This document shows, piece after piece, positions 1 to 8,140 of a DNA stretch of 29,126 bases. The translations under genes were made by a program, and so were the position numbers. The notes beneath the pieces are model-generated. The model had not been told where the DNA came from. It did not search any database and was given only the letters and a program-made list of their open reading frames with translations. The DNA is from Candidatus Zambryskiibacteriota bacterium (GTDB lineage Bacteria > Patescibacteriota > Minisyncoccia > Phycocordibacterales > Zambryskibacteraceae). The stretch spans positions 1-29,126 of the forward strand of contig JANLIM010000063.1 of assembly GCA_024654145.1 (NCBI GenBank). The letters run 5' to 3'. How positions within the stretch are numbered: the first letter of the stretch is position 1; every line of letters starts with the position of its first letter.

Positions 1-176
1 GACCTTCTTCCATTTTTCCTCCTTTAGCCAGTCTATATATCTATAAAAGAAAATCAATCATTTCTTAATTTGGTGCGCCGGGTGAGCTTGGGATAGGGAC
101 CCAAGCGCAAGACCTTGAGCGCTGAAAGTGCGAAAGGTGTACAGCTTCTGTAAGAAGGGATTCGGTCAGGAATATT

Positions 177-205
177 TTGCGAAATATGGTATTTTCCATT
201 AGAAT
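177..205 (+). promoter_or_regulatory. Sigma70-type promoter for tRNA-Tyr
   Basis: TTGCGA (177-182), 17 nt, TAGAAT (200-205), about 50 nt upstream of the tRNA. Confidence 0.6.
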
Positions 206-215
206 AGCCCAATCG

Positions 216-246
216 CGTCCTCCTTCGCCAAGGCTTCGGCGGGACG
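216..246. repeat. REP-like palindromic element in the tRNA-Tyr leader
   Basis: CGTCCTCCTTCGCCAAGGCTTCGGCGGGACG has an outer stem CGTCC/GGACG and an inner GCC-AA-GGC hairpin flanked by two TTCG units. Confidence 0.55.
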
Positions 247-253
247 AGAAATT

Positions 254-336
254 GCGTCGGTCGGATAGCGGCTATTCCAGGAGACTGTAAATCTCCCGCC
301 CATTGGGCATCAGTGGTTCGAGTCCACTCCGGCGCA
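254..336 (+). tRNA. tRNA-Tyr(GTA)
   Basis: Acceptor GCGTCGG/CCGGCGC, anticodon arm GGAGA-CTGTAAA-TCTCC, long variable arm, T-arm AGTGG-TTCGAGT-CCACT. CCA is not encoded. Confidence 0.95.
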
Positions 337-398
337 CAAAATTATTTTCTCCAATTTAAGCCTTATTTTGTAAGGTTATTTTAGTTCGAACCATACTA

Positions 399-428
399 TT
401 GACAAGTCAAGTAGATTTAGGTTATAAT
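399..428 (+). promoter_or_regulatory. Sigma70-type promoter of the radical SAM gene
   Basis: TTGACA (399-404), 18 nt, TATAAT (423-428). SD GGAGGG at 487-492 precedes the ATG at 497. Confidence 0.7.
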
Positions 429-496
429 ATCAGCCAGAAAACGGTCTTTGGAAATTCAACTGTACGTAACCTTTAACGCTCTGAATGGAGGGCGCA

Positions 497-2380
497 ATGC
501 AGAAGTGTTTCATCGTACTGACCCTCATCGCCTCCCTCTTCCGAGCGGAGGTCGCCTACACAGGTGAACCGATGTGGATGCTCTGGGGCAACCCGGAGAA
601 TATCCACTACGACGCCGAGGCGCACGCATGGATCAACGACAACCCTTCGGGGGAAAACGTTTTCCGTGCGATGGATGCTTACGACATCGCCCGTGGAGGC
701 GGACGAAAGTACAGCCTTCCCGAGCGAATTCCTGAAAAGAAGACGACTACAATCGTCTTCCGGATGGATACGGCGACGAAGCCCGAGCAGTTCTACGCTC
801 AGATCTTCTTCGCCGGAGCAATTCAGCAATCGAAGCGACGGTTCGTTCTCGTCAACGTTGAGCAGACCATTTTGGACCTCACCGCGGCACGCGACAAGCA
901 GTACCGTATGTGGCCCCACATGGGAATTCTCTACGTCGGGACAGCCGCACACGAGGAAGGTTGGGATGTTGTCTTGTGGGACGAACTTGTTCAAGGTCAA
1001 TGCGACCTCGGCAAGCTCGTCGAACCAGGTGATGTTGTCGGCTTCAGCCTCGTCGTGACGGGAGTGGAACGTGGTGTCGAGTTGGCCAAGCAAGCAAAGT
1101 CTCTCGGGGCTTCGGCAGTAATCGCTGGAAACGATTCAGCGATCTTCCGGACAAACGAGATTCTCAGTTTGCCGAATCGGCCGATCGATGCGGTGTTCAC
1201 GACCAATAGCCTGACGTCCGTTCGCAATTTCTTCCGTCTGTTCGGGACGACGAAGCTCGAAGAGCTTCAGATCCCGGGTGTGGCAGTAAGAAGTGACGGT
1301 ACGGCACGGTCGAACGCTCAGCAAGTGCTTCTGTCGGAACTCAAGGCTCGCAAGAGTCTCGATCGACAAGGTGCTTTCGATGCTGAAGATGTCTTCGTTG
1401 TTCCGAAGTTTGATCTCTTTCCGAATTCGTACTGGCAAGAGGTTTGGTCGAATTACCGCGAGGTGTTCGGCCACAAATATCGGGACGGCGACGTTGTCAA
1501 AAACAGCATCGCGTTGTTCGCTCAGGGTTGTACCCGCACTCGTGGTACGGACGTTTGCAGCTACTGCACGATTGCAGGAGTTGCCGACATCCGTATTCCT
1601 TCGGAGGACTACCTTCGGCGTACGCTCGAAGCCTACGATCGTTTTGGGATCCGCGCGATCTACAACACGACCGATTCGGCCTACGAGATGCGTCCGCTTG
1701 TGCAGAAACTGCAGAAACTGGGAGCGTCTTTCGATTCTCTCCAGATCTACGGCAGAGCACAGGGTCTCGCACTCCAACCCGATCTCTTGGAAAACTGGCT
1801 GTCACTCGTTGACGGTCGGCTCCTGGTGAACGTCGGGATGGATTCGGGCGACGGCAGGATCCTCGCACAAGGCGTCGTGAAGTCTTCTCTCGGTAAGGGT
1901 TCGCGGATTGAGGAGAACTATGAGGCGGTGCGTAACATTCGCAAGAGTGGCGCGCATCTCCACTATTCCTTGATCTTCGGCTCGCCGGGCGAGACGAAAG
2001 ATTCCTGTGAGCGGAGTATCGAATTCCTCGAGTGGACGACTGCAACACTTGGGCCGCAGCTCGATCTCATGGAAACGGATCTGTACTGGCTGAACTTCGG
2101 TTCACCGGTCAGTGACGTCTTCACGAGCTACGAGAAAGCTCAGGCACTTGCGTCGATTGCTGGGAAGGAGATTTCGAGGGAGGAGTGGTATCAAGGCTTC
2201 GGTAGGCACGCGACGGAACTCGTTGTTCCGTTCAGCGCCGAAGAAGCGTGGTATCGCCACTTCACGAACATTGATGTCGAAACGGCGCAGGAATACAACC
2301 AGCGCTGTACCGAAATCATGGCTCGTCACACAGGAGCGATTACGGGACGGGCGTACAAGCCAACCGAGCGGAAGGGATAA
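497..2380 (+). CDS. Cobalamin (B12)-binding radical SAM enzyme with an N-terminal extension
   Basis: B12-binding-like segment (PHMGILYVGTAAHEEGWDVVLWD...DVVGFS...ELAKQAK...VIAGND), cluster motif QGCTRTRGTDVCSYC, and radical SAM barrel motifs VGMDSG and LIFGSPGET. The ORF opens at 485; ATG 497 is preferred because of the SD. Confidence 0.85.
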   Translation: MQKCFIVLTLIASLFRAEVAYTGEPMWMLWGNPENIHYDAEAHAWINDNPSGENVFRAMDAYDIARGGGRKYSLPERIPEKKTTTIVFRMDTATKPEQFYAQIFFAGAIQQSKRRFVLVNVEQTILDLTAARDKQYRMWPHMGILYVGTAAHEEGWDVVLWDELVQGQCDLGKLVEPGDVVGFSLVVTGVERGVELAKQAKSLGASAVIAGNDSAIFRTNEILSLPNRPIDAVFTTNSLTSVRNFFRLFGTTKLEELQIPGVAVRSDGTARSNAQQVLLSELKARKSLDRQGAFDAEDVFVVPKFDLFPNSYWQEVWSNYREVFGHKYRDGDVVKNSIALFAQGCTRTRGTDVCSYCTIAGVADIRIPSEDYLRRTLEAYDRFGIRAIYNTTDSAYEMRPLVQKLQKLGASFDSLQIYGRAQGLALQPDLLENWLSLVDGRLLVNVGMDSGDGRILAQGVVKSSLGKGSRIEENYEAVRNIRKSGAHLHYSLIFGSPGETKDSCERSIEFLEWTTATLGPQLDLMETDLYWLNFGSPVSDVFTSYEKAQALASIAGKEISREEWYQGFGRHATELVVPFSAEEAWYRHFTNIDVETAQEYNQRCTEIMARHTGAITGRAYKPTERKG

Positions 2381-2402
2381 CCCAGTCTCTCGGGCAACAC
2401 AG

Positions 2403-2433
2403 GGGCGTCGAGCCAAAAACTCGGCGCCCTTTT
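2403..2433 (+). terminator. Intrinsic terminator after the radical SAM gene
   Basis: GGGCGTCGAG-CCAAAAA-CTCGGCGCCC followed by TTTT. Confidence 0.75.
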
Positions 2434-2571
2434 ACTTTACCTTTTCAGCCCAAAAGCTAAGATCAGGCACATAAGGACTAGGGCTAGCCTTCATCAATTC
2501 AGTTCTAACGTCCTCTATTACGTTGCACACTCAACTTGCAAAATACGGTAAATGCGGTAATCTAATAGCCT

Positions 2572-2745
2572 ATGTCACAGGATCATCTCATAAAGCTCGT
2601 CTCTGTAGGGGACAAAACAGGCGCCGGAAAGGGGCATACTTATTATTCTCGCAAGAACAGGAAGTCGGTCGAAAGAAAGTTAGAGTTTAAGAAATATAAT
2701 CCGGTCATCCGCAAACATACGGTCTATAAAGAAAAGAAGGCCTAG
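2572..2745 (+). CDS. rpmG: 50S ribosomal protein L33, zinc-free form (57 aa, absent from the ORF track)
   Basis: Manual translation MSQDHLIKLVSVGDKTGAGKGHTYYSRKNRKSVERKLEFKKYNPVIRKHTVYKEKKA carries the L33 signature TYY..KN....KLE.KKYNP..RKHT.YKE and has no Cys. Confidence 0.93.
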   Translation: MSQDHLIKLVSVGDKTGAGKGHTYYSRKNRKSVERKLEFKKYNPVIRKHTVYKEKKA

Positions 2746-2747
2746 TA

Positions 2748-2777
2748 AATAAAATCCGCCGAAAGGCGGATTTTATT
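2748..2777. terminator. Bidirectional terminator between rpmG and tRNA-Trp
   Basis: AATAAAATCCGCC-GAAA-GGCGGATTTTATT, a perfect 13-bp stem with A/T tracts on both sides. Confidence 0.85.
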
Positions 2778-2791
2778 ATGGATTCCAAATG

Positions 2792-2862
2792 CGGGCGATC
2801 GAGGAATCGAACCCCGGCCAGTGCTTTTGGAGAGCGCTGTTCTACCACTAAACTAATCGCCC
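2792..2862 (-). tRNA. tRNA-Trp(CCA)
   Basis: Acceptor GGGCGAT/ATCGCCC, anticodon loop CTCCAAA (one C-A mismatch in the stem), T-loop TTCGATT. CCA is not encoded. Confidence 0.92.
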
Positions 2863-2871
2863 AATACCGAG

Positions 2872-3783
2872 TTATCGTAGCATATTCTGAGCGTGCATTT
2901 CTATCCCTTTATATTCCTCTGGCTTAAACCCTTCGACTGCGCTCAGGGTAAACCACTCAATTTTTTTGTTGCGTTTAAACCATGTCATCTGACGACGAGA
3001 ATACTGTCGTGTGGCAATATTTAACTTTTCTCCCATTTCTTCCTTACCCATTTCTCCCTTTAAATACATGGCGAGGAATTTGTATTCCAGTCCTAGGTCT
3101 TCCATGCGTTTATATGTAAGGCCTTTTTTATGAAGTTTCTTGGCTTCAGTTATCATACCCGGCAGACGTTTCGTGAGTCTTGCTAAAATTCTTCCCTCTA
3201 GATTTTTAGGCTTAATTCCTATGTATACAAATTTGTAAGGTGTCGACCTGGCAGGTTGACGCTTTGGCACTTTGCCTAGGGTTTCTACAATTTCTAAAGC
3301 TCGAATCAAGCGTACTTTGTTGTGCTTATCTATTGTTCTGGCTCGCACAGGGTCTTTTTTCCCCAACATCTCAAAAAGCTTTTCTTTACTTAACTTACCC
3401 AATTTACTCCTTAGCAATTTACTTGGTGGTACTTCAGGTAGGGAAACAGTACCGGCCAGTGCGTCTATATAGAATCCCGTGCCACCTACAACAATAGGCA
3501 ACTTGCCGATATGATATATCATATCGGCTGCTTCTCTAGCTTTTTGAACGAAATCACTAGCGCTGAATTGTTTCTCGGGACTTGCGACATCAAGTAGATG
3601 GTGGGGGATTCCACTCATTTCCCTTTCGGTAATCTTGCCCGTTCCAACATTGAGGCCTTTATAGACCTGGCGGGAGTCAGCAGATATGACTTCTCCGTTG
3701 AATTTCTTTGCAAGCTTAACAGCTAGATCCGACTTGCCTGAAGCGGTGGGACCGACGATGACCAGAACTTTTTGTTTCGCCAT
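2872..3783 (-). CDS. miaA: tRNA dimethylallyltransferase
   Basis: IVGPTASGKS P-loop, ISADSRQVYKG, PHHLLD, VGGTGFY, NKVRLIRALE and TRQYSRRQMTWFK. Confidence 0.97.
   Translation of the reverse strand: MAKQKVLVIVGPTASGKSDLAVKLAKKFNGEVISADSRQVYKGLNVGTGKITEREMSGIPHHLLDVASPEKQFSASDFVQKAREAADMIYHIGKLPIVVGGTGFYIDALAGTVSLPEVPPSKLLRSKLGKLSKEKLFEMLGKKDPVRARTIDKHNKVRLIRALEIVETLGKVPKRQPARSTPYKFVYIGIKPKNLEGRILARLTKRLPGMITEAKKLHKKGLTYKRMEDLGLEYKFLAMYLKGEMGKEEMGEKLNIATRQYSRRQMTWFKRNKKIEWFTLSAVEGFKPEEYKGIEMHAQNMLR
2928..2949. repeat. Palindromic repeat inserted in frame in miaA (encodes TLSAVEG)
   Basis: ACCCTTCGACTGCGCTCAGGGT, which matches the element at 9801-9821 in the opposite orientation. Confidence 0.7.
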
Positions 3784-6446
3784 ATATATTTTCTAATTTC
3801 TTCGACTAGGATGATTGAGGTAGCGAGCGCAATAATACCCGCCCAGTCAGAAAGAGCAAGTGGCACTGTGTGTAGGAACTTTTGGAATAGTGGGTGATAA
3901 ACAGCCAGTACCTGGGAGAGGGCGGCGGCAACAGTTGCAAACAAAATATATTTGTTTGTGAAAGCATTTGAGTTAAAGACAGACTCATTTTCTGTGCGAC
4001 AGTTCCAAGCATTGAACCACTGGAAGACTGCCAAAAGGGTGAGCGACATAGTCCATGCCTTTGCTAGGTCAGCTTCATAATAGCCTTGGAACATGATGAG
4101 TGTAATAACAGTCATAGGTAGAGCCATTGTGAGCATTCTTTGTGCCATCAGTTTGTCGACAATATATTTGTTCGGTTTGTGGAACTTCTCACTCAAGAGG
4201 TCTTTCTCTTTCGGTTCCATAGCCAGAGCTGCAGTAAAAAATCCATCCGTTACAAAGTTCAGCCAGATAATCTGAACAGGAAGAAGCGGTAGTGGCATAC
4301 CAAGCAATAACGATCCTGTAATGACAGCGAGTTCGCCTATACCAGTAGATAGGAGATAGAGGACAACTTTCTTGATGGTCTTGTAAATACTTCGACCCTC
4401 CTCAATGGCAGAGATGATGCTTCCGAAGTTGTCATCTAGAAGAATAATGTCTGCTGATTCTTTGGCCACCTCTGTACCAATTTTACCCATTGCTACGCCA
4501 AGGTCTGCAGCTACCAGCGATGGAGCATCATTTACTCCGTCGCCTGTCATAGCGATAATTTCACCTCGGGACTTATAGACATTAATAATGCGTAGCTTGT
4601 GTTCCGGAGTGACTCTGGCGAATACAGAAACGCGATTAAGCATCTCCTTGAGTTCTTTGTCAGAAAGTTTATCTATGTCTTCTCCAGTCAGGCTTATGTC
4701 TCCTTTTTTAAATATAAATGCTTCTTTAGCGATAGCTTCTGCAGTGACCTGGTGGTCACCGGTGATCATGACCACCTTGATACCGGCTTCGCCCGCGCGT
4801 CGTGCCGCTTCTTTGGCTTCTGGTCTCAAGGTGTCTCTGATACCAAAAAATCCAACAAGTGTTAGATCGTGTATGTTGTCATGGCCCACCATTTCCGATT
4901 CGTTGAGTCTGTAAGAAAAGGCGAGTACGCGCAAGCCTCTTTGAGAAAATTCAACAAATTTTTGAGTCAAAAGTTTCCTTTCGTCGTCAGTAAGTTTAAC
5001 CTTCTCACCACCGTGCCAAACACTTTCAGAAAGAGCAAGTATGACCTCTGGCGCGCCTACAACAGAAAGAAAGTTTTTAACCTCGTCTTTATGTACAGTC
5101 GCATGGTATTTGAGAGAATAGTCAAATGGTATTTCACTTATTAATGGAGAGTTTCTCTCTAAATCATTTTTGTTAAAGCCAAGTTTTTCTCCGAGAACGA
5201 GCATGGCTGCTTCTGTGGGGTCGCCAGAAATTTTCCATTCATCGCTTTGCTCTGTACTCATGACACTCGCGTTGGCGCAGAAGGTAGCCATCTTGCCAGC
5301 AAGCATTAGGTCCGAATGCTCCAAAGGTTCGATGATCTTGCCGTTACTTTTGATAGTGCCCTTTGGTTCGTATCCAGATCCTCCGACCTCGAAGTTTTGT
5401 CCTCCAACGTAAACTGCTTGCACCATCATCTCGTTTCTAGTTAGCGTGCCAGTCTTGTCTACCGCTATCACTCTGGCTTGTCCAAGTGCTTCTACTGCCT
5501 GAAGCCGTTTTACCAAAGCTTTTTTCTTACTCATTCTCCAGACTCCAGCAGCAAGGATTATGGTAATAGCGATGGGCAAGCCTTCAGGAATGACTGAAAC
5601 TGAAACAGAGATAACCACACCGAGCATTTCCTTTATTGTCTTACCTCCAAGCATGCCTACTATAAAAAGAAAAAGGCTCGCTATTCCCGAGACTACGATG
5701 ATTAGCCGGGAGAGATGTCTGATACTTGCTTTGAGAGGTATTTCAGTCTCGATACTTACAACATCCTTTGCGATTTTACCTATGACTGTGTTTTGTCCAG
5801 TGTTTACCACGATAGCGAGACCGTTACCAGTAAAGATGTTTGTGCCTTTAAAGACCATGTTCTTTTGCTCCAGGACTGGCAGTTCAGGATTTTCAATAAC
5901 CTCAAAAGTTTTTCTTACAGATTCTGATTCACCTGTAAGAGCTGCTTCATCCACTTTAAGATTATGGGCGCTTATAAGTCTCGCGTCTGAAGGAATCTTG
6001 TCGCCTTCTTGCAAATGGATGATATCTCCAGAGACAACCTCCGTGTCCGGTATGATGAGTTCTTTCCCGTCTCTAATTACAACTGCTTTTGTTTCAACAA
6101 ACTTCTTAAGAGCAAGTAAAGTATTGCGGGCTTTACCTTCTTGGATTGCTCCAACAATAGCGTTTACGACAAGTACAGCAGCAATAACAATACTGTCTGC
6201 AACCTCTCCCAGAAGAAACATGGCGGCACTTCCGATGAGGAGGATATATATAAGAGGGCTTTGGAATTGGCGCAAAAAGATGAGGCCAGCGCCGTCCACT
6301 TTAGCTTCTGGAAGTTGGTTTAGCCCCTGAGTTTTGATTCTCTTCTTTGCCTCGATAGACGTAAGGCCACGCTCACCCGAACCAAGTATTTTGAATACTT
6401 CGTTAATATCAAGAGCATGCCACTTGGTTTCCAAGAGTGGGTTCAT
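3723..6446 (-). CDS. P-type cation-transporting ATPase (Ca2+/P2A-like)
   Basis: TGES, PEGL, DKTGT phosphorylation site, MITGD, GDGVNDAP and QIIWLNFVTDG. Its last 61 nt overlap the start of miaA. Confidence 0.95.
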   Translation of the reverse strand: MNPLLETKWHALDINEVFKILGSGERGLTSIEAKKRIKTQGLNQLPEAKVDGAGLIFLRQFQSPLIYILLIGSAAMFLLGEVADSIVIAAVLVVNAIVGAIQEGKARNTLLALKKFVETKAVVIRDGKELIIPDTEVVSGDIIHLQEGDKIPSDARLISAHNLKVDEAALTGESESVRKTFEVIENPELPVLEQKNMVFKGTNIFTGNGLAIVVNTGQNTVIGKIAKDVVSIETEIPLKASIRHLSRLIIVVSGIASLFLFIVGMLGGKTIKEMLGVVISVSVSVIPEGLPIAITIILAAGVWRMSKKKALVKRLQAVEALGQARVIAVDKTGTLTRNEMMVQAVYVGGQNFEVGGSGYEPKGTIKSNGKIIEPLEHSDLMLAGKMATFCANASVMSTEQSDEWKISGDPTEAAMLVLGEKLGFNKNDLERNSPLISEIPFDYSLKYHATVHKDEVKNFLSVVGAPEVILALSESVWHGGEKVKLTDDERKLLTQKFVEFSQRGLRVLAFSYRLNESEMVGHDNIHDLTLVGFFGIRDTLRPEAKEAARRAGEAGIKVVMITGDHQVTAEAIAKEAFIFKKGDISLTGEDIDKLSDKELKEMLNRVSVFARVTPEHKLRIINVYKSRGEIIAMTGDGVNDAPSLVAADLGVAMGKIGTEVAKESADIILLDDNFGSIISAIEEGRSIYKTIKKVVLYLLSTGIGELAVITGSLLLGMPLPLLPVQIIWLNFVTDGFFTAALAMEPKEKDLLSEKFHKPNKYIVDKLMAQRMLTMALPMTVITLIMFQGYYEADLAKAWTMSLTLLAVFQWFNAWNCRTENESVFNSNAFTNKYILFATVAAALSQVLAVYHPLFQKFLHTVPLALSDWAGIIALATSIILVEEIRKYIWRNKKFWSSSVPPLQASRI

Positions 6447-6468
6447 TGATTTTATTATACACGTAGAA

Positions 6469-6553
6469 TGGTGCCGAGGGAGGGACTCGAACCCTCAAGT
6501 CTTGCGACGATCGATTTTGAGTCGATTGCGGTTACCAATTTCGCCACCTCGGC
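6469..6553 (-). tRNA. tRNA-Leu(CAA)
   Basis: Starts GCCGAGG, anticodon arm ATCGA-CTCAAAA-TCGAT, variable arm, T-loop TTCGAGT, encoded ACCA end. Confidence 0.95.
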
Positions 6554-6598
6554 ATTTCGGCATTAGAATAACATAAAAATATTCGTTATAATATTCTC

Positions 6599-7573
6599 AT
6601 GTCTCAGTTCTACAATGATGCAATTTTTTGGATAGAGGTTGATAAGATAAAACCCAATCCATACCAACCCCGCCGCGATTTTGATGAAACTCAACTTAGA
6701 AGCTTGGCTGATTCTATTCGTCAGTACGGTGTACTCCAGGCGCTAGTAGTGACAAGAAAAGAATTTGAAAAACCAGAAGGTGGTATTGCTACAGAATATG
6801 AGCTAGTCGCTGGTGAGCGTCGCCTACGCGCCGCAAGGTTGGCTGGTCTTGCTCAAGTCCCAGTGCTAATAAGAAGCGGAGAAGATACCGACCTAATGAA
6901 GCTTGAGCTCGCAATTATAGAAAACATTCAACGAGAAGATCTTTCACCAGTTGATCGCGCTAGAGCATTCGAGCGTTTGGTAAAGGAATTTAATTTTACT
7001 CATCTCGAGGTGGGGAAAAAGGTTGGCAAAAGTCGGGAGTATGTTTCTAACACCCTCCGCATTTTGACATTACCAGAATATATTCTCACCGCGTTATCAG
7101 AAGGAAAAATTACAGAAGGTCATACTCGTCCTTTGATGATGCTTATAGATCGTCCTCAAGAACAGGAGACTTTGTTCAAGGAAATTATTTTTAAAAAGCT
7201 TAATGTGCGAGAAGCGGAAGGAATCGCAAGACATATTGCTGTTGAACGCGCAAGAAAGCTTGTAGACCACGAGCTTATTGAAATTGAAGACATGTTTAAA
7301 GAAAAACTTGGTACGAGAGTGAGGATTGAAAAGAGAGATGAAGGAGGAAGGGTCAGTATTGATTTCTTTAACAAAGATGATCTCCGCGCACTACTTGAAA
7401 GGATAGCGAGGGAAGGGGAGTCAGACAATAAACCGATTGAAACTGCGTCGCCAGAAAAGGTAGTCGAAGATGCGCCAATTCTTACCGAGGAGGAGAAGAT
7501 CGTAGCTGAAGATGTGCCAAAGACCGAAGAAGATGATGAGTCTCTTTATTCTGTTCAAAACTTCAGCATTTAA
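6599..7573 (+). CDS. parB: ParB/Spo0J partition protein with an acidic C-terminal tail
   Basis: PNPYQPRRDF, ELVAGERRLRAA (CTP-binding GxxR motif), AIIENIQREDL and an HTH around GKSREYVSNTLRIL. No parA is adjacent. Confidence 0.93.
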   Translation: MSQFYNDAIFWIEVDKIKPNPYQPRRDFDETQLRSLADSIRQYGVLQALVVTRKEFEKPEGGIATEYELVAGERRLRAARLAGLAQVPVLIRSGEDTDLMKLELAIIENIQREDLSPVDRARAFERLVKEFNFTHLEVGKKVGKSREYVSNTLRILTLPEYILTALSEGKITEGHTRPLMMLIDRPQEQETLFKEIIFKKLNVREAEGIARHIAVERARKLVDHELIEIEDMFKEKLGTRVRIEKRDEGGRVSIDFFNKDDLRALLERIAREGESDNKPIETASPEKVVEDAPILTEEEKIVAEDVPKTEEDDESLYSVQNFSI

Positions 7574-7592
7574 GCCTTATTTACACTGTTAT

Positions 7593-7601
7593 TTATCCAC
7601 A
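7593..7601 (+). promoter_or_regulatory. Single consensus DnaA box
   Basis: TTATCCACA is an exact match, 9 nt upstream of a -35 hexamer. Confidence 0.45.
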
Positions 7602-7610
7602 TTTATTTAC

Positions 7611-7639
7611 TTGACAACTTAGATATACTATGCTAAGAT
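7611..7639 (+). promoter_or_regulatory. Sigma70-type promoter of ORF 7656
   Basis: TTGACA (7611-7616), 17 nt, TAAGAT (7634-7639). SD AAGGAGG at 7645-7651. Confidence 0.7.
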
Positions 7640-7655
7640 AACAAAAGGAGGTTCT

Positions 7656-7943
7656 ATGACGGCGGTTCTCGTTATCGTTTTCGCGGTGCTCGTGGCCGCC
7701 TGCATCACCTTCGCAAGTTACAATCGCGAGGTGAAGCCGGTTTCGACCCAGGCCGAGGCTCAGACTCAGGCCGAGGTCAAACCCAAAGCCAGCGCGGGCT
7801 ACATGTACCCCAACCGTAACGGTCGGTACATGCAGTCAGCGCGTCGGGTCGGAACGCGTCGCGGTAAGGCGGTGCTCCATGTGGGGCACCCCAACAACGC
7901 CACGTTTTCCCGTCCGGCCGAGCAGCTTCTTCGGGTGGTCTGA
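7656..7943 (+). CDS. Hypothetical small protein with an N-terminal transmembrane anchor and basic C-terminus
   Basis: Own promoter and strong SD, hydrophobic residues 3-20, codons biased to C/G endings. Confidence 0.75.
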   Translation: MTAVLVIVFAVLVAACITFASYNREVKPVSTQAEAQTQAEVKPKASAGYMYPNRNGRYMQSARRVGTRRGKAVLHVGHPNNATFSRPAEQLLRVV

Positions 7944-8023
7944 AAGATCACCCGAGACCAAGGCTGGGATAGCCCAAGGGTGATTCCCATAATTCAACCT
8001 AAAAAAGTAGGAAAGGATTGTAG

Positions 8024-8137
8024 AATGCCTTTAGCGTAAAGTCGTCGGGGGAGCCTGGCGCATAACAGGTAGAGCGGATACAACCGCGAGGGATAAAGAC
8101 CTGAACCAACCCTCAACTAACTCAACCCTAGAGCATT
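8024..8137 (+). ncRNA. Structured RNA resembling a c-di-AMP (ydaO/yuaA) riboswitch aptamer
   Basis: Ordered motifs CGGGGGAGCCTG..CAGG, GCGG/CCGC hairpin, GAGGG..CCTGAACC and TCAACTAACTC, closed by a stem 8024-8034/8128-8137. The match is to the ydaO consensus as I recall it. Confidence 0.5.
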
Positions 8138-8140
8138 TTG

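Noticed and set aside
1-23. Possible minus-strand gene start (AAGGAGG, 4 nt, ATG at 13) running off the window edge
   Set aside because: Only four codons are visible, and another frame (LIFFYRYIDWLKEEKWKKV) is equally open, so it cannot be called.
73-142. GTGCG start suggesting a group II intron 5' end, and a GAAA-flanked stem suggesting a hammerhead ribozyme
   Set aside because: No domain V/VI or reverse transcriptase follows, and the hammerhead CUGANGA core is absent.
473-2474. Multiple overlapping ORFs of 76-213 aa on both strands within the radical SAM gene
   Set aside because: Shadow frames expected from a GC-rich gene with biased codons. They have no motifs or independent expression signals.
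3240-6330. Plus-strand ORFs antisense to miaA and the ATPase, including the 256-aa ORF at 5560-6330
   Set aside because: Antisense shadows of well-supported genes with low-complexity translations.
6599-7650. A parS site or parA partner near parB
   Set aside because: No TGTTTCACGTGAAACA-like palindrome and no Walker-type ParA ORF was seen in the window.
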